The notes under the pieces: model-generated
Databases searched by the model: none
What the model was told of the DNA's origin: nothing
The model's input: the letters and a program-made list of their open reading frames with translations, nothing else
Translations under genes and position numbers: made by a program
Shown: one piece after another, positions 26,115 to 36,585 of the stretch
Layout of the letters: every line of letters starts with the position of its first letter
Position numbering within the stretch: the first letter of the stretch is position 1
From: Patescibacteria group bacterium
Lineage (GTDB): Bacteria > Patescibacteriota > Patescibacteriia > JACRDY01
Length of the DNA stretch: 64,000 bases
NCBI GenBank assembly: GCA_041653535.1
Contig: JBAZFH010000003.1
Location: 2,771 to 66,770 of the forward strand
Reading direction: 5' to 3'

Positions 26115-26834
26115 ATGAAAGGTATTATTCTTGCTGGCGGCAAGGCAACTCGGTTACGCCCGTTAACCAAGGTGACTTCCAAGCAGCTTTTGCCGATTTA
26201 TAATAAACCGATGATTTATTATCCGTTGGAAACACTGCTCCGAGCGGGAATTAAGGATATTTTGATCATTATTTCCCCAGACAATGCCGGGCAATTTTTG
26301 CATTTGCTTGGTTCGGGCAAAGAGTTTGGTGAGGACGTGAGATTTAGTTACGAGATACAAGAAGAGCCACGGGGACTTGCCGACGCGTTTATTATCGGTG
26401 AAAAGTTTATTGGCGATGATAATGTTACTATGATACTTGGCGATAATATTTTTGAAGACGATCTAGCCAAAGATATTGCCAGTTTTGAATCCGGTGGCCG
26501 GATTTTTTGCAAAAAAGTTAATGATCCAGAACGGTTTGGTGTGGCGGTTTTTAGTCAAGATAATCAGGTTATGAAAATTGTGGAAAAACCAAAAGAATGG
26601 ATTTCTGATTATGCTATTGTTGGTGCTTATGTTTATGACAACCGAGTTATAGAGTTTGCTAAAAACGTTAAACCATCAGCGCGTGGTGAAATTGAGATTA
26701 CCGATTTGCATAATGCTTATTTGGATTTAGGTGAGCTCGATGTTCGATTTATTGAAGGCGGATATTTTGACGCCGGTACTTTTGATTCGCTTTTGGCTGC
26801 TGGAAATTTTATGGCACAAAAAGCAAAAGATTAA
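26115..26834 (+). CDS. rfbA: Glucose-1-phosphate thymidylyltransferase (short form)
   Basis: MKGIILAGGKATRLRPLT..SKQLLPIYNKPMIYYPL, PSARGEIEITD; start at ATG 26115. Confidence 0.93.
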   Translation: MKGIILAGGKATRLRPLTKVTSKQLLPIYNKPMIYYPLETLLRAGIKDILIIISPDNAGQFLHLLGSGKEFGEDVRFSYEIQEEPRGLADAFIIGEKFIGDDNVTMILGDNIFEDDLAKDIASFESGGRIFCKKVNDPERFGVAVFSQDNQVMKIVEKPKEWISDYAIVGAYVYDNRVIEFAKNVKPSARGEIEITDLHNAYLDLGELDVRFIEGGYFDAGTFDSLLAAGNFMAQKAKD

Positions 26835-26842
26835 TCGGATAA

Positions 26843-26875
26843 AAAAAGAGCCGGAAAAAATATTCGGTTCTTTTT
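26843..26875. terminator. Bidirectional intrinsic terminator
   Basis: AAAAAGAGCCGG...TCGGTTCTTTTT between convergent genes. Confidence 0.7.
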
Positions 26876-26891
26876 AATTTGAATTTGTTAT

Positions 26892-28259
26892 TTATTCTTG
26901 GATGGTTATTTCGAATATGCCTTCTTTGCTATCAAGTTTTCCGTTATAAAATATTTTATTTCCTTTTGGTGTAACCAGAAAATTCTTGATTTTTTCACCG
27001 TTAGCAATGTCTATAGAGTTTCTTTTGTCGCGGGCGTCCAGCTCGATAATTTTTACAGCATTATCAGTAGTAGTAATAATATAATCAGTATTTGGTATAA
27101 ATGAGGTTTGATTAATAATCTGACCATAGCGGTCAACCAACTGATTGGTGTTTTTTTCGTAATCATATATCCAGATTTCAAAATCGTTGTTATATAAGAG
27201 GGTTTTTTGGTTTGTTGACCAGGAAAAATTTTTTGCTTCTCCAAAAAGTAATATTTGATTAAAATTATTATTAATCAGATAAAATTTTTGTTTTTCCCTA
27301 TCAATAAGGGATATGGTTCCGTTTTGATTTTGACGGAAATCGAAATCCGCCATGGAGTCTAACTTTAAAAGCTTAGTCGGATTGGTCTGGCTTATTCCTT
27401 GATCCAGGCTGATTTTTTCCAGCCAATTTCCTTGTTCTGACCGGTGAGCGTAGTAAATTTCATTATTTAAATATAAAAAATCTTTGCCGTAATAATTTTC
27501 AATATCTGGTTTCTTGGTATAGAGAAGGCGACTTTCTTTTGTTAAAGTGTTTATCTGATAAAGATTGTTGCCAGAGCTGGCGTAAAGCAGATAGTCGACT
27601 TGGTCAGACCATTTTAGATGGTCGATCTTTTTGTTGATGATTCCGCCTGGCAATAGTTTTTTATCAGGGTTATCAAAGTTGTAAATAATAAAATTTTTTT
27701 CTACGTCTTGAGCAATAAATTGAGTAGAGCTAATAGACCATGATGATAGTTGTAATATTTTTGTTTTTTCTTCAAGAGGAGTGTTTTGCAAATTGTTAAT
27801 ATTAAAAGCAAATAAGTTGTTATCAGTGATATAAGCAAATTTTTTATTATCTGGTGATGGTAGTAACTGACTGGTTGGTTCTTCAAAAATGTTTACAGCC
27901 TTTTCTTTTTTAAAAAGCACCACTTTGTTGATAAAAGTGTTGACACTGCTAAAAACTTCTATTTCTTTCTCCCATGAATAATAACCGTCGGCACTAATAG
28001 CTATTTTATATTTTCCGGGAAGAAGATTCATGATACGCAGCGTGTTGTCTGAACGCGACTCTGTTCGCAGTTCGTTGTTAAGATAAATTTTAGCAGTCGT
28101 TGGAGATGGTTGGACGGAAATCGAGCCAACTTTTTGGATGTCATTTTTTTTGAAATTATAACGATATCCCGCCGTGTAAAAGATCAAAATCGGGGCGACG
28201 ATAAGAAAGACCGCGACAAAAATGATGGCAATAAATCTCCTGGTTCTTAAAGATAGCAT
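26892..28259 (-). CDS. PEGA-domain membrane-anchored protein with probable beta-propeller
   Basis: N-terminal TM, YTAGYRY, 'NLLPGKYKIAISADGYYSWEK' PEGA motif, SPD/WS propeller repeats. Confidence 0.8.
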   Translation of the reverse strand: MLSLRTRRFIAIIFVAVFLIVAPILIFYTAGYRYNFKKNDIQKVGSISVQPSPTTAKIYLNNELRTESRSDNTLRIMNLLPGKYKIAISADGYYSWEKEIEVFSSVNTFINKVVLFKKEKAVNIFEEPTSQLLPSPDNKKFAYITDNNLFAFNINNLQNTPLEEKTKILQLSSWSISSTQFIAQDVEKNFIIYNFDNPDKKLLPGGIINKKIDHLKWSDQVDYLLYASSGNNLYQINTLTKESRLLYTKKPDIENYYGKDFLYLNNEIYYAHRSEQGNWLEKISLDQGISQTNPTKLLKLDSMADFDFRQNQNGTISLIDREKQKFYLINNNFNQILLFGEAKNFSWSTNQKTLLYNNDFEIWIYDYEKNTNQLVDRYGQIINQTSFIPNTDYIITTTDNAVKIIELDARDKRNSIDIANGEKIKNFLVTPKGNKIFYNGKLDSKEGIFEITIQE

Positions 28260-28409
28260 AAGCAGTGTTTTTTGTGATTTTATTATAGTTTATTTTCTTA
28301 GTAGTGGCAATTTTATCAATAAGTGTTTAAAATTAAGCCATAAATAATGCCATTTGCCTCAGAGGGCGAGAGTGGGGTATAATCTATACAAGAATTAGCT
28401 TCTTTTTTT

Positions 28410-29678
28410 ATGCCAAAATTTATTATCAGTGGTGGCGCAAAAATAGGCGGAGAAATTAAGGTCGGCGGCGCTAAAAACGCGGCTTTAAAAATTTTTCCCG
28501 CCGCTATTTTATTTAAAGAAAAAATTAGAATTACCAACGTTCCCGATATTGAAGATGTGCACCGTTGCGAAGAGCTGCTTAAAGATATTGGTGCACTGGT
28601 AAACAATTTAGGCAATGGCGTTTATGAGGTAGATGCAAGTAATATAAACAAAACAGATTTAAACCCAGAAATAGTAAAAAAGTTTCGTTCTTCCATAATG
28701 TTTGTCGGTCCGCTACTGGCGCGTGCCGGGCAGGCTCGCTTTCCTCATCCCGGTGGTTGTGTAATTGGTGCCGGCGGTCGACCCATCGATTTATTTTTAG
28801 ATGGTTTTTCTAAAATGGGAGTTGAACTAAAGACTGAAGATAAATTTTATCATTTATTTGCAAAAAATATTTTTGGTACGCAATATTTTTTCTCTAAAGT
28901 TACTGTTACCGGTACTGAGAGCATAATGATGACCGCTGTACTAGCAAAGGGCACGACGGTGTTAAAAAATTGTGCTCTAGAGCCGGAGATAACAGCACTT
29001 GCCGATTTTTTGAATAGTTGTGGCGCTAAAATATCCGGCGCTGGTACACCGACTATTACTATCGAGGGGGTAGACGGTTTGCGCGGGGGAGAATATAGGG
29101 TTATACCAGACAGGATCGAAACCGGCACCTTCGCTATTATGGCTGCGGTTTTAAATAATAAATTAAAAATCACTGATTGCAATCCGGAACACGTAGGAGC
29201 GTTGTGGCCGCTGTTTGATAAGATCGGGGTAAATTATGAGTTAGGTCATGATTATGTTGTTGTTCATTCTACTAAGGGTCCGCTCAAAGCTTGTAGTATG
29301 CAAACTCATGAATATCCAGGGTTTGCTACCGACCTGCAATCACCATATGTTGTTTTAGCTACTCAATGTCAGGGGCTAAGTTTGATTCATGAAACTATTT
29401 ATGATCGTCGGTTACTTTTTACCGATATGTTAACGCAAATGGGTGCAAATATTATTATGTGCGATCCGCATCGGGTGGTTGTTAGTGGTCCGACTAAACT
29501 TTACGCGAAAAAACTGGTTAGTCCCGATTTGCGTGCCGGTATTACTATGGTTATTGCTGGTATGATTGCCGAAGGGACTACGGAGATAGACAATATTTAT
29601 CAAATCGAACGTGGTTACGAGAAGATTGTTGAAAGGTTGATTCGTATCGGCGTTAATATTAAAAAAACAGAGGAATAA
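28410..29678 (+). CDS. murA: UDP-N-acetylglucosamine 1-carboxyvinyltransferase
   Basis: GAKNAAL, PGGCVIG..RPIDL, PDRIETGT, YPGFATDLQ, DLRAG, RGYE. Confidence 0.97.
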   Translation: MPKFIISGGAKIGGEIKVGGAKNAALKIFPAAILFKEKIRITNVPDIEDVHRCEELLKDIGALVNNLGNGVYEVDASNINKTDLNPEIVKKFRSSIMFVGPLLARAGQARFPHPGGCVIGAGGRPIDLFLDGFSKMGVELKTEDKFYHLFAKNIFGTQYFFSKVTVTGTESIMMTAVLAKGTTVLKNCALEPEITALADFLNSCGAKISGAGTPTITIEGVDGLRGGEYRVIPDRIETGTFAIMAAVLNNKLKITDCNPEHVGALWPLFDKIGVNYELGHDYVVVHSTKGPLKACSMQTHEYPGFATDLQSPYVVLATQCQGLSLIHETIYDRRLLFTDMLTQMGANIIMCDPHRVVVSGPTKLYAKKLVSPDLRAGITMVIAGMIAEGTTEIDNIYQIERGYEKIVERLIRIGVNIKKTEE

Positions 29679-29686
29679 ATATTATT

Positions 29687-30910
29687 ATGAAAAATATTTT
29701 TCAGAAATATTTTGTTGTTTATATAGTGGTAATTTTGGTTTGTTTAAGTTTTATCGGCGGATTAACCGTTGGAAGAATAGAAAAAGGTTCGGAGCAAGGA
29801 AGGGTAAACAATTTTTTGCAAGATAATAAAGACAATTCTTATTTAGTGAAAAATGTTAATTTTCAGATTTTAGACGAAATTTGGAAGACGATAAAAAGTG
29901 ATTATCTTTATAAAGACAAGGTGTTAGACACGCAGATGTTTTATGGCGCTTTGCGCGGAGTAGTGGATTCCTTGGGTGATCAGCATTCGATGTTTTTTGA
30001 TCCCAAAGAAGTAAAAGAGTTTGAAGATGAAATGCGGGGAACGTTTGAGGGTATCGGCGCGGAGCTGGGAATAAAAAATAATCAGGTAGTTATAGTTTCT
30101 CCGTTAGCCGATTCACCGGCAAATAAGGCTGGTCTAAAATCGGGAGATAAAATAATGGCGGTTGACGGAAAAATGACAGCGTCGCTTGCTTTAGATGAGG
30201 TGGTAAGCATGATTCGTGGACCGAAAGGCACGAAAGTAAGTTTGTTGATTATCCGCGAAGGCTGGGATAGTCCTAAGGAAATAGAAATTATCAGAGATGA
30301 AATTCGTATTGACAGTGTTCGTTGGAGTATAAAAGAAGGTAATATTGTTTATATAGAAATGTACAGTTTTAATGATGATACGACAAAATTATTTAATAAA
30401 GCAATTAACGAAATATTACTCAAAAATCCTAAAGGAATAATTTTGGATTTGCGTAATAATCCCGGTGGGTATTTTGACGGTGCTGTTAGTGTGGCAAGCG
30501 AGTGGATTGACGAAGGTAATGTGGTTGCCAAAGAATCGTTTGATGGTACAAAACAAAACGAATATCGAGCAGAAGGTAAGAGTCGGTTAAAAGGCTACCC
30601 CACAGTAGTATTGATTAACGGAGGTTCTGCTTCCGGCGCGGAAATAGTAGCCGGGGCATTACAGGATTATAAAATAGCCACCCTGGTTGGAGAAAAGAGT
30701 TTTGGTAAGGGGTCGGTTCAGGAATTCAAAAATATTTCTGACGGTTCGGCGATTAAATTGACTATCGCCAAATGGCTCACCCCCAATAATCGGGATATCG
30801 ATAAAGAGGGTATTATTCCTGATATTGAGGTTGTGCCGACGGAAGAAGATTATAAAAATAATATAGATTCACAATTGCAAAAAGCCATCGAAATTATTAA
30901 AAGTAAATGA
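29687..30910 (+). CDS. ctpA: Carboxyl-terminal processing protease (S41A, PDZ)
   Basis: FEGIGAEL PDZ, LDLRNNPGG, GSASGAEI, SFGKGSVQ. Confidence 0.92.
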   Translation: MKNIFQKYFVVYIVVILVCLSFIGGLTVGRIEKGSEQGRVNNFLQDNKDNSYLVKNVNFQILDEIWKTIKSDYLYKDKVLDTQMFYGALRGVVDSLGDQHSMFFDPKEVKEFEDEMRGTFEGIGAELGIKNNQVVIVSPLADSPANKAGLKSGDKIMAVDGKMTASLALDEVVSMIRGPKGTKVSLLIIREGWDSPKEIEIIRDEIRIDSVRWSIKEGNIVYIEMYSFNDDTTKLFNKAINEILLKNPKGIILDLRNNPGGYFDGAVSVASEWIDEGNVVAKESFDGTKQNEYRAEGKSRLKGYPTVVLINGGSASGAEIVAGALQDYKIATLVGEKSFGKGSVQEFKNISDGSAIKLTIAKWLTPNNRDIDKEGIIPDIEVVPTEEDYKNNIDSQLQKAIEIIKSK

Positions 30911-30934
30911 TTTTAATAAATAATTCAAAATTTT

Positions 30935-31195
30935 ATGGCCGCTGAAAAAGCTATCGGTAAAATAACCCATTATTTTCCCCATATCAACGTCGCGGTTGTT
31001 AAAATCGATGACGGCGAGCTAAAGATCGGTGATAAAATTCGTATCAAGGGAGAGAAAACTGATTTTGAGCAGGCGGTAGAATCAATACAGGTGGAACACA
31101 AGCCAGTAGACGTCGTCCAGGTTGGTGAAGATGCCGGATTAAAGGTAGAAGGGGTTGCTAAAGAAGGTGATGTAGTTTATTTAATAGAAGAATGA
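30935..31195 (+). CDS. Small translation elongation factor-like beta-barrel protein
   Basis: IGKITHYF.HINVAVV...LKIGDKIRIKG..TDFEQ.VESIQ...GEDAGLKV pattern. Confidence 0.75.
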   Translation: MAAEKAIGKITHYFPHINVAVVKIDDGELKIGDKIRIKGEKTDFEQAVESIQVEHKPVDVVQVGEDAGLKVEGVAKEGDVVYLIEE

Positions 31196-31204
31196 TTTAT
31201 TTAA

Positions 31205-31660
31205 ATGAAAGTTATTTTGACCAAACAGATTAATGGTTTGGGCGGTATTGGAGAAATCAAAGAGGTAGCTGACGGTTATGCTCGAAATTTTTTATTAAAT
31301 CGTTCTCTGGCCATAGTCGCTACACCGCAAGCAATTAATGAATGGCAGGAAAAAGTAAAAAAACAAGAAGAACAAAAGAGGATAGCCGGCAAAAACGCTT
31401 CAGCTATTGCTAAGAAATTAAGCGGTCTAGTCTTGGAATTAAAAGTAAAGACCAATGACGAGAAAAAACTTTTTGGTTCGATTCATAAAAATCAGATAAT
31501 CATCGCTTTGGCGGAGAAAGAATATTTTTTGAATGCTAAAGACTTGATTTTACCGGATCATATAAAAACCGTTGGTGATTATTTCGTTGGCTATAATTTA
31601 AAAGACGGCGGCAGCGGTAAATTTAAACTGCGCGTCATTAGTGATACAGGTAATAAGTAA
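31205..31660 (+). CDS. rplI: 50S ribosomal protein L9
   Basis: MKVIL...[23 protein letters not shown]. Confidence 0.95.
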   Translation: MKVILTKQINGLGGIGEIKEVADGYARNFLLNRSLAIVATPQAINEWQEKVKKQEEQKRIAGKNASAIAKKLSGLVLELKVKTNDEKKLFGSIHKNQIIIALAEKEYFLNAKDLILPDHIKTVGDYFVGYNLKDGGSGKFKLRVISDTGNK

Positions 31661-31670
31661 TTTAAATATT

Positions 31671-33290
31671 ATGCAAAAATTTATTTTCGTAGTTGGCGGT
31701 GTGATGTCCGGGGTAGGCAAAGGTATTTCCGTTGCCTCGATTGCTAAGATTTTACAAGGTAAAGGTTTTCGCACGACAGCGATCAAGATTGATCCTTATG
31801 TTAATGTTGACGCTGGCACAATGAATCCGATAGAGCACGGTGAAGTATTTGTAACTGATGATGGTGATGAGACCGATCAAGACATCGGCAACTATGAACG
31901 ATTTTTAAATCAAGACATTCTGCGTATCAATTATATGACCACTGGGCGTGTTTATCAGTCAGTGATCGCCCGAGAAAGAAATTTGGAGTATGACGGTCGT
32001 TGTGTTCAGGTAGTGCCGCATATCCCAATAGAAGTAATTGACCGTATAAAAAAAGCCGCAGCCAAAGCTAAAGCCGATTTTACCATTATTGAGATTGGTG
32101 GTACGGTCGGTGAGTATGAAAACATTTTGTTTTTAGAAGCGGTTCGCATGATGAAACTAAAAAATCCCAAGGATATCGCCATAGTTTTGGTAAGCTATTT
32201 ACCGATTCCCGGCAAGTTGGGCGAGATGAAAACCAAGCCAACACAGCATGCTTCGCGCGCGCTCAACTCGGTTGGTCTGCAAGCCGATTTTATTTTAGCT
32301 CGAGCTTCAGTATCGGTTGATAAGCCTCGTCGAGAAAAGTTGGCAGTATTTTGTGGTGTGCCAGCTACCAATATTATTTCGGCTCCCGACGTTGACTCTA
32401 TATACGAAGTGCCGCTTAATTTTGAAAAAGAAGGTTTCGGTAATCAAATTCTTAAGCATTTTGGTATTAAAGCGCGTCAACGTGATCTAAAGGATTGGCA
32501 AAAAATGGTCAATCAAGTTAAAGCTGCTAAAAAAGAAGTTAATATTGGAATCGTTGGTAAGTATTTTAGCACCGGAAATTTTGTTTTGGCTGATTCTTAT
32601 ATTTCAGTTATTGAAGCAATTAAACACGCTTGTCGGGTAAACAACTGTAAGCCAAAATTGCAATGGCTGAGTACTAAGGACATTGAAGATCGTGGACCGC
32701 AAGAAGTTCTAGCCGGTTTAGACGGCGTGATAGTTCCTCAGGGCTGGGGTAAGCGCGGTGCCGAAGGAAAGATCGCCACTATTCGATATTGTCGCGAAAA
32801 AAAGGTGCCATATTTTGGTTTATGCTATGGCATGCAAATGGCGGTGATTGAATTTTCTCGCAACGTTTGCGGTTTTAAAGACGCCAATTCGGAAGAAGTT
32901 AATCCTAAGACCGAGCATCCGGTAATTCATATTATGCCGGAGCAACAAGAGTATCTCAAAAAACGGCAGTATGGCGGCACGATTCGTCTTGGTGCCTGGC
33001 CGTGCAAGCTAAAAAAAGACAGTCATATTGCCAAGGCTTATGCTAATAAATTATCTATTTCTGAACGTCATCGCCATCGTTACGAGTTTAATAATAAATT
33101 CCGTCAAATATTAGAAAAAAAAGGATTGATCGTTTGTGGTACCTCACCGGACGGAAAATTAGTTGAAGCCGTGGAAATTGCCGATCATCCATTTTTTATT
33201 GGCACTCAGTTTCATCCTGAGTATAAATCACGACCGTTGGCCCCGCATCCATTGTTTGTTGAATTTGTTAGGGTTTGTTCAAAAAAATAG
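31671..33290 (+). CDS. pyrG: CTP synthase
   Basis: GGVMSGVGKG, KIDPYVNVDAGTM, KTKPTQH, GLCYGMQ, ERHRHRYE, QFHPE; start at ATG 31671. Confidence 0.98.
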   Translation: MQKFIFVVGGVMSGVGKGISVASIAKILQGKGFRTTAIKIDPYVNVDAGTMNPIEHGEVFVTDDGDETDQDIGNYERFLNQDILRINYMTTGRVYQSVIARERNLEYDGRCVQVVPHIPIEVIDRIKKAAAKAKADFTIIEIGGTVGEYENILFLEAVRMMKLKNPKDIAIVLVSYLPIPGKLGEMKTKPTQHASRALNSVGLQADFILARASVSVDKPRREKLAVFCGVPATNIISAPDVDSIYEVPLNFEKEGFGNQILKHFGIKARQRDLKDWQKMVNQVKAAKKEVNIGIVGKYFSTGNFVLADSYISVIEAIKHACRVNNCKPKLQWLSTKDIEDRGPQEVLAGLDGVIVPQGWGKRGAEGKIATIRYCREKKVPYFGLCYGMQMAVIEFSRNVCGFKDANSEEVNPKTEHPVIHIMPEQQEYLKKRQYGGTIRLGAWPCKLKKDSHIAKAYANKLSISERHRHRYEFNNKFRQILEKKGLIVCGTSPDGKLVEAVEIADHPFFIGTQFHPEYKSRPLAPHPLFVEFVRVCSKK

Positions 33291-33323
33291 CTAAGTAAGA
33301 GATAAAAGCTGAGAGTAAGAATT

Positions 33324-33908
33324 ATGAATCAAAGCTTATTGCTGGAATTAAAACAAAGCGCAGAAAAGACTCTCGCTAAAAATAAAAGATTTCATGACTT
33401 TGCTCATGCGATGGAGGTTTTAAATAATGTTGTTGCTATTATTAAAAATGAGGGCGGTGATAAAGACATTCTTTACGCCGCCGCTTTGTTTCATGACGCT
33501 TCAAATTTTCAGGAAAAAGGGATGGAGGGCGTCGATGGGGCTAAGATAGCTCGAAAAGCATTAATTAAGATTAAGGTATTTCCTCGAAAGAAAATAAAAG
33601 GAGTAAGTGACTTAATTATAAGTCTAGATAGGCAGGCGATGAGTTTGGAAGAAACTATTTTGAGTGACGCTGACGAGCTTGCTAGTTTTAGTAGATTATC
33701 CGTTGCTCGTGGTTTTATGATTTATGGCTCGCGGGGTGTGACGGTAAAATCGGCAGTCGAAGATTTTTTACGATATATTGATAAACGTTATTACAGCTTT
33801 AAACGAAAGAAATCGCATACCAAAACCGCTAGAAAGTTAGCTGAGGTTAGATATCCAGAAATAAAAAAATTTTTGCAATCTTTATATTTATGTACCCGAT
33901 CAAAGTAA
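33324..33908 (+). CDS. HD-domain phosphohydrolase
   Basis: HDFAH...AALFHD...DADEL motifs. Confidence 0.8.
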   Translation: MNQSLLLELKQSAEKTLAKNKRFHDFAHAMEVLNNVVAIIKNEGGDKDILYAAALFHDASNFQEKGMEGVDGAKIARKALIKIKVFPRKKIKGVSDLIISLDRQAMSLEETILSDADELASFSRLSVARGFMIYGSRGVTVKSAVEDFLRYIDKRYYSFKRKKSHTKTARKLAEVRYPEIKKFLQSLYLCTRSK

Positions 33909-34582
33909 AATTTAAAAATCAACTAGTGGGTTTGCAATATCGCGATGACGCCGACCAAAGCGTAATTAACGAAATCTATAAATATCAAGAATATCGTTGC
34001 GCGGAAGAGGCGATTATAACCGCCGTTGATTCAGTCGTTGATGTTGGAGCTCACGGCGGTTATTTTAGTTTTTATGCTCGTATTTTAAATCCGAAGGTAA
34101 AAATTTATGCGTTAGAACCGGAGCGGGAAAATATTAAGTTTTTTGCTCGTCAGATGAAGGATGGCGGTTGGAAAAATATTACTTTAATCGAGGCGGCTCT
34201 GGCGGAAAAAACCGGCAAACGTGAGTTAGTCAGAGCAACGGATAGTCATAATCATCGGCTGGCTTTGCCGGGAGAAAAAGTTGATGGCAAGATAAATATA
34301 GTACAAGTTTATTCTTTTGCGGATTTTTGTGTTTCTTATAAAATAGATAAAATTTTTTTAATGAAGATTGATATTGAAGGAGGGGAGCACGAGTTGCTTG
34401 CTTCATTAAAAGATGACGATTGGAAAAAGATCGAAGCCCTGGTTATTGAATACCATAATAAACGCAAAGATGATTTTTTGCGGCTAGAAAATATTATCCG
34501 TCAGCGCGGTTATGGCGTGCAGGTGTTTCCTTCGCGTTTTGACAAGAGTATGGGTATAATATTTGCTAGACGAAAAAAATAA
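33890..34582 (+). CDS. FkbM family methyltransferase
   Basis: VVDVGAHGGYFS, YALEP, MKIDIEGGE, IEYH. Confidence 0.9.
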   Translation: MYPIKVKFKNQLVGLQYRDDADQSVINEIYKYQEYRCAEEAIITAVDSVVDVGAHGGYFSFYARILNPKVKIYALEPERENIKFFARQMKDGGWKNITLIEAALAEKTGKRELVRATDSHNHRLALPGEKVDGKINIVQVYSFADFCVSYKIDKIFLMKIDIEGGEHELLASLKDDDWKKIEALVIEYHNKRKDDFLRLENIIRQRGYGVQVFPSRFDKSMGIIFARRKK

Positions 34583-34605
34583 AAACCCCCTGACAGGGGA
34601 TTTTT
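34581..34605. terminator. Bidirectional intrinsic terminator
   Basis: AAAAACCCCC-TGACA-GGGGATTTTT between convergent genes. Confidence 0.65.
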
Positions 34606-34628
34606 TAAAAAAATAAGAATTTTTTAAA

Positions 34629-34913
34629 TTATTTTTTTTCCGGATCAACAGTGACAAAATTTCTCATTTTAAGTTTGCCGTCGTAGCTGCGAGTCTTGCG
34701 ACTGTAAAATCTGACGATTCCAGTTATTTTGGCAAATAAAGTGTCATCGCCGCCTTTATTGACATTAGCTCCAGCGCGGAATTTTGAGCCGCGTTGACGT
34801 ACTAAAATAGAACCAATCTTAGCTTTTTGTCCGGCATATAGTTTAACGCCCAGTCTTTTTGCTACCGAATCTCGACCAAGCGATGTAGAGCCACCAGCTT
34901 TTTTATGCGACAT
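34629..34913 (-). CDS. rpmA: 50S ribosomal protein L27
   Basis: [22 protein letters not shown]...ILVRQRG...GGDDTLFA. Confidence 0.98.
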   Translation of the reverse strand: MSHKKAGGSTSLGRDSVAKRLGVKLYAGQKAKIGSILVRQRGSKFRAGANVNKGGDDTLFAKITGIVRFYSRKTRSYDGKLKMRNFVTVDPEKK

Positions 34914-34998
34914 ATATTTTTTAGTAACTGGCAGTAGTCATCTGTCAGTAGTTTGGTATTAATATTAAGTGGCTGTATTTTAACTTATTATTTTTTGC

Positions 34999-35027
34999 TT
35001 GTCAAGGTTCTATGTACCGAGTATAAT
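34999..35027 (+). promoter_or_regulatory. Sigma70-type promoter
   Basis: TTGTCA-17 bp-TATAAT, ending 9 nt before ATG 35037. Confidence 0.65.
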
Positions 35028-35036
35028 AAAGGTGTT

Positions 35037-35840
35037 ATGAAAAGATTAATTTGTTTGTTTTTTTGCTTATTTTTGCTGGTTTTGACCGGTTGCGACTCAG
35101 AACGAAGTGTTAATATTTCCGATTTTAACAACAATACCGCAGTAAAGGTTGATGAGCAGCCCAGACCAGTTTTAACAGAGATAAAAGACAGCGTAAAAGA
35201 GGCAGTGGATGACGGTATTGAAATGGTGGAGGAAAAAGTAGCCGATTTTAATACTGATGAAAAAGAAATTGGACTGCCGGAGATATTTGACCAGAAGATG
35301 GCTTTTTCTCGCCAAGCTCCTTTTGGCAATTGGGACACGGTTCATGAAGAAGCTTGCGAAGAAGCATCTTTGATTATGGTTAATAATTTTTTTCAGAAAA
35401 AACCACTGGACGAAAAAATAATGGATCAAGAAATAAATAAATTATTACCTTGGGAAAAAGAACGTTTTGGTTTCGTCGAGTCAACCACTATTGAAGAAAC
35501 GGCTATTATGGCGAGAGAGTATTTCGGTTTAAAAACAGAAGTAGTGGTCGATGTTACGGTTGATCGGATAAAAAAAGAGTTAATCGCTGGCAGATTAATC
35601 GTCTTGCCATTAGCTGGTCAAGAGTTGCATAACCCCAACTATACCGGTGCCGGACCGCTTTATCATATGTTGGTGGTTAGGGGTTATGATCGCGATCAGT
35701 TTATTACTAACGATCCAGGAACGCGAAAAGGAGGGGGTTATAAATATAAGTACGATGTTTTGCTGAACGCTGTGCATGATTGGAACGGTGGAGACGTACT
35801 TAATGGCAAAAAAGCAATGCTTCTCATTCAGTTTGAATAG
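35037..35840 (+). CDS. Lipoprotein, C39-like cysteine peptidase
   Basis: Lipobox VLTG-C; QAPFGNW..EACEEASLIM (Cys); YHMLVVRGYD (His); FITNDP (Asp). Confidence 0.8.
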   Translation: MKRLICLFFCLFLLVLTGCDSERSVNISDFNNNTAVKVDEQPRPVLTEIKDSVKEAVDDGIEMVEEKVADFNTDEKEIGLPEIFDQKMAFSRQAPFGNWDTVHEEACEEASLIMVNNFFQKKPLDEKIMDQEINKLLPWEKERFGFVESTTIEETAIMAREYFGLKTEVVVDVTVDRIKKELIAGRLIVLPLAGQELHNPNYTGAGPLYHMLVVRGYDRDQFITNDPGTRKGGGYKYKYDVLLNAVHDWNGGDVLNGKKAMLLIQFE

Positions 35841-35882
35841 CGTTATGATCAAAATATAAAATTTAATAAATAATTTAAAATT

Positions 35883-36107
35883 ATGAAAGACCTTTTGTCG
35901 GGATTTAAAACAGTCCTTTTAGAGATGATTTGGTTTTTTATCTTGCAGGGAATTTTCTTTTTTGCCTTTGCAATTTTCACATTATTTTATCCGTTTGCTC
36001 TGGTAATAGTAGTGGCTTTTTTTCTGGTTTGTATGGCGGTACTTTATATTTATTTTGGCTGCAAGATTTGGTTGATCAGACATAAAATAAACAAATTTCT
36101 CAAATAG
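35883..36107 (+). CDS. Small 2-TM membrane protein
   Basis: Two hydrophobic helices, basic C-terminus. Confidence 0.6.
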   Translation: MKDLLSGFKTVLLEMIWFFILQGIFFFAFAIFTLFYPFALVIVVAFFLVCMAVLYIYFGCKIWLIRHKINKFLK

Positions 36108-36119
36108 TTATTATAACGC

Positions 36120-36178
36120 TTGACAGGTTTTTATCATCTGCTAGTATATAAATACCTACCAATTAAGTAGGTATTTAT
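36120..36178 (+). promoter_or_regulatory. Promoter plus Rrf2/IscR-type operator palindrome
   Basis: TTGACA (36120), TGcTAGTAT (36139-36147), then perfect 12-bp inverted repeat ATAAATACCTAC-CAATTAA-GTAGGTATTTAT (36148-36178). Confidence 0.8.
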
Positions 36179-36192
36179 CTTTTGTCAAAAAT

Positions 36193-36585
36193 ATGAAATT
36201 TTCTTTGGCTAGTAGCTATGGCTTACGGACGATGATTCGTTTGGCAAGAAATTACGGTAAGGGGAGTATTTCCTTGTCTTTTATCGCTAGAGAAGAAAAA
36301 ATTTCTCTTGGTTATCTGGAGCGTTTAGCAGTTAGGCTGAAAAGCAGAGGACTGATTTCAAGCGTCAAAGGTGTTAATGGCGGTTATGCCTTGAGCATGG
36401 ATCCGCGACGAATTTCTGTAAAAAAAATTTTGGAAGCGATAGAGGGGAGTCTTTCACCTTTTTATTGCGCTAGTGAAAATAACGTCTGTAAAACTAGTGA
36501 CTGCTCGGCAAGAATAGTTTGGCAGAGACTAAATAGGGAAATCGATAAGACTTTAAATAAAATAAAGCTGCAAGACTTAATATAG
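36193..36585 (+). CDS. iscR: Rrf2 family transcriptional regulator (IscR-like, 3 Cys)
   Basis: YGLRTMIRLA, ISLGYLERL, SVKGVNGGYAL, C-x6-C-x4-C; heads the Fe-S operon. Confidence 0.8.
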   Translation: MKFSLASSYGLRTMIRLARNYGKGSISLSFIAREEKISLGYLERLAVRLKSRGLISSVKGVNGGYALSMDPRRISVKKILEAIEGSLSPFYCASENNVCKTSDCSARIVWQRLNREIDKTLNKIKLQDLI

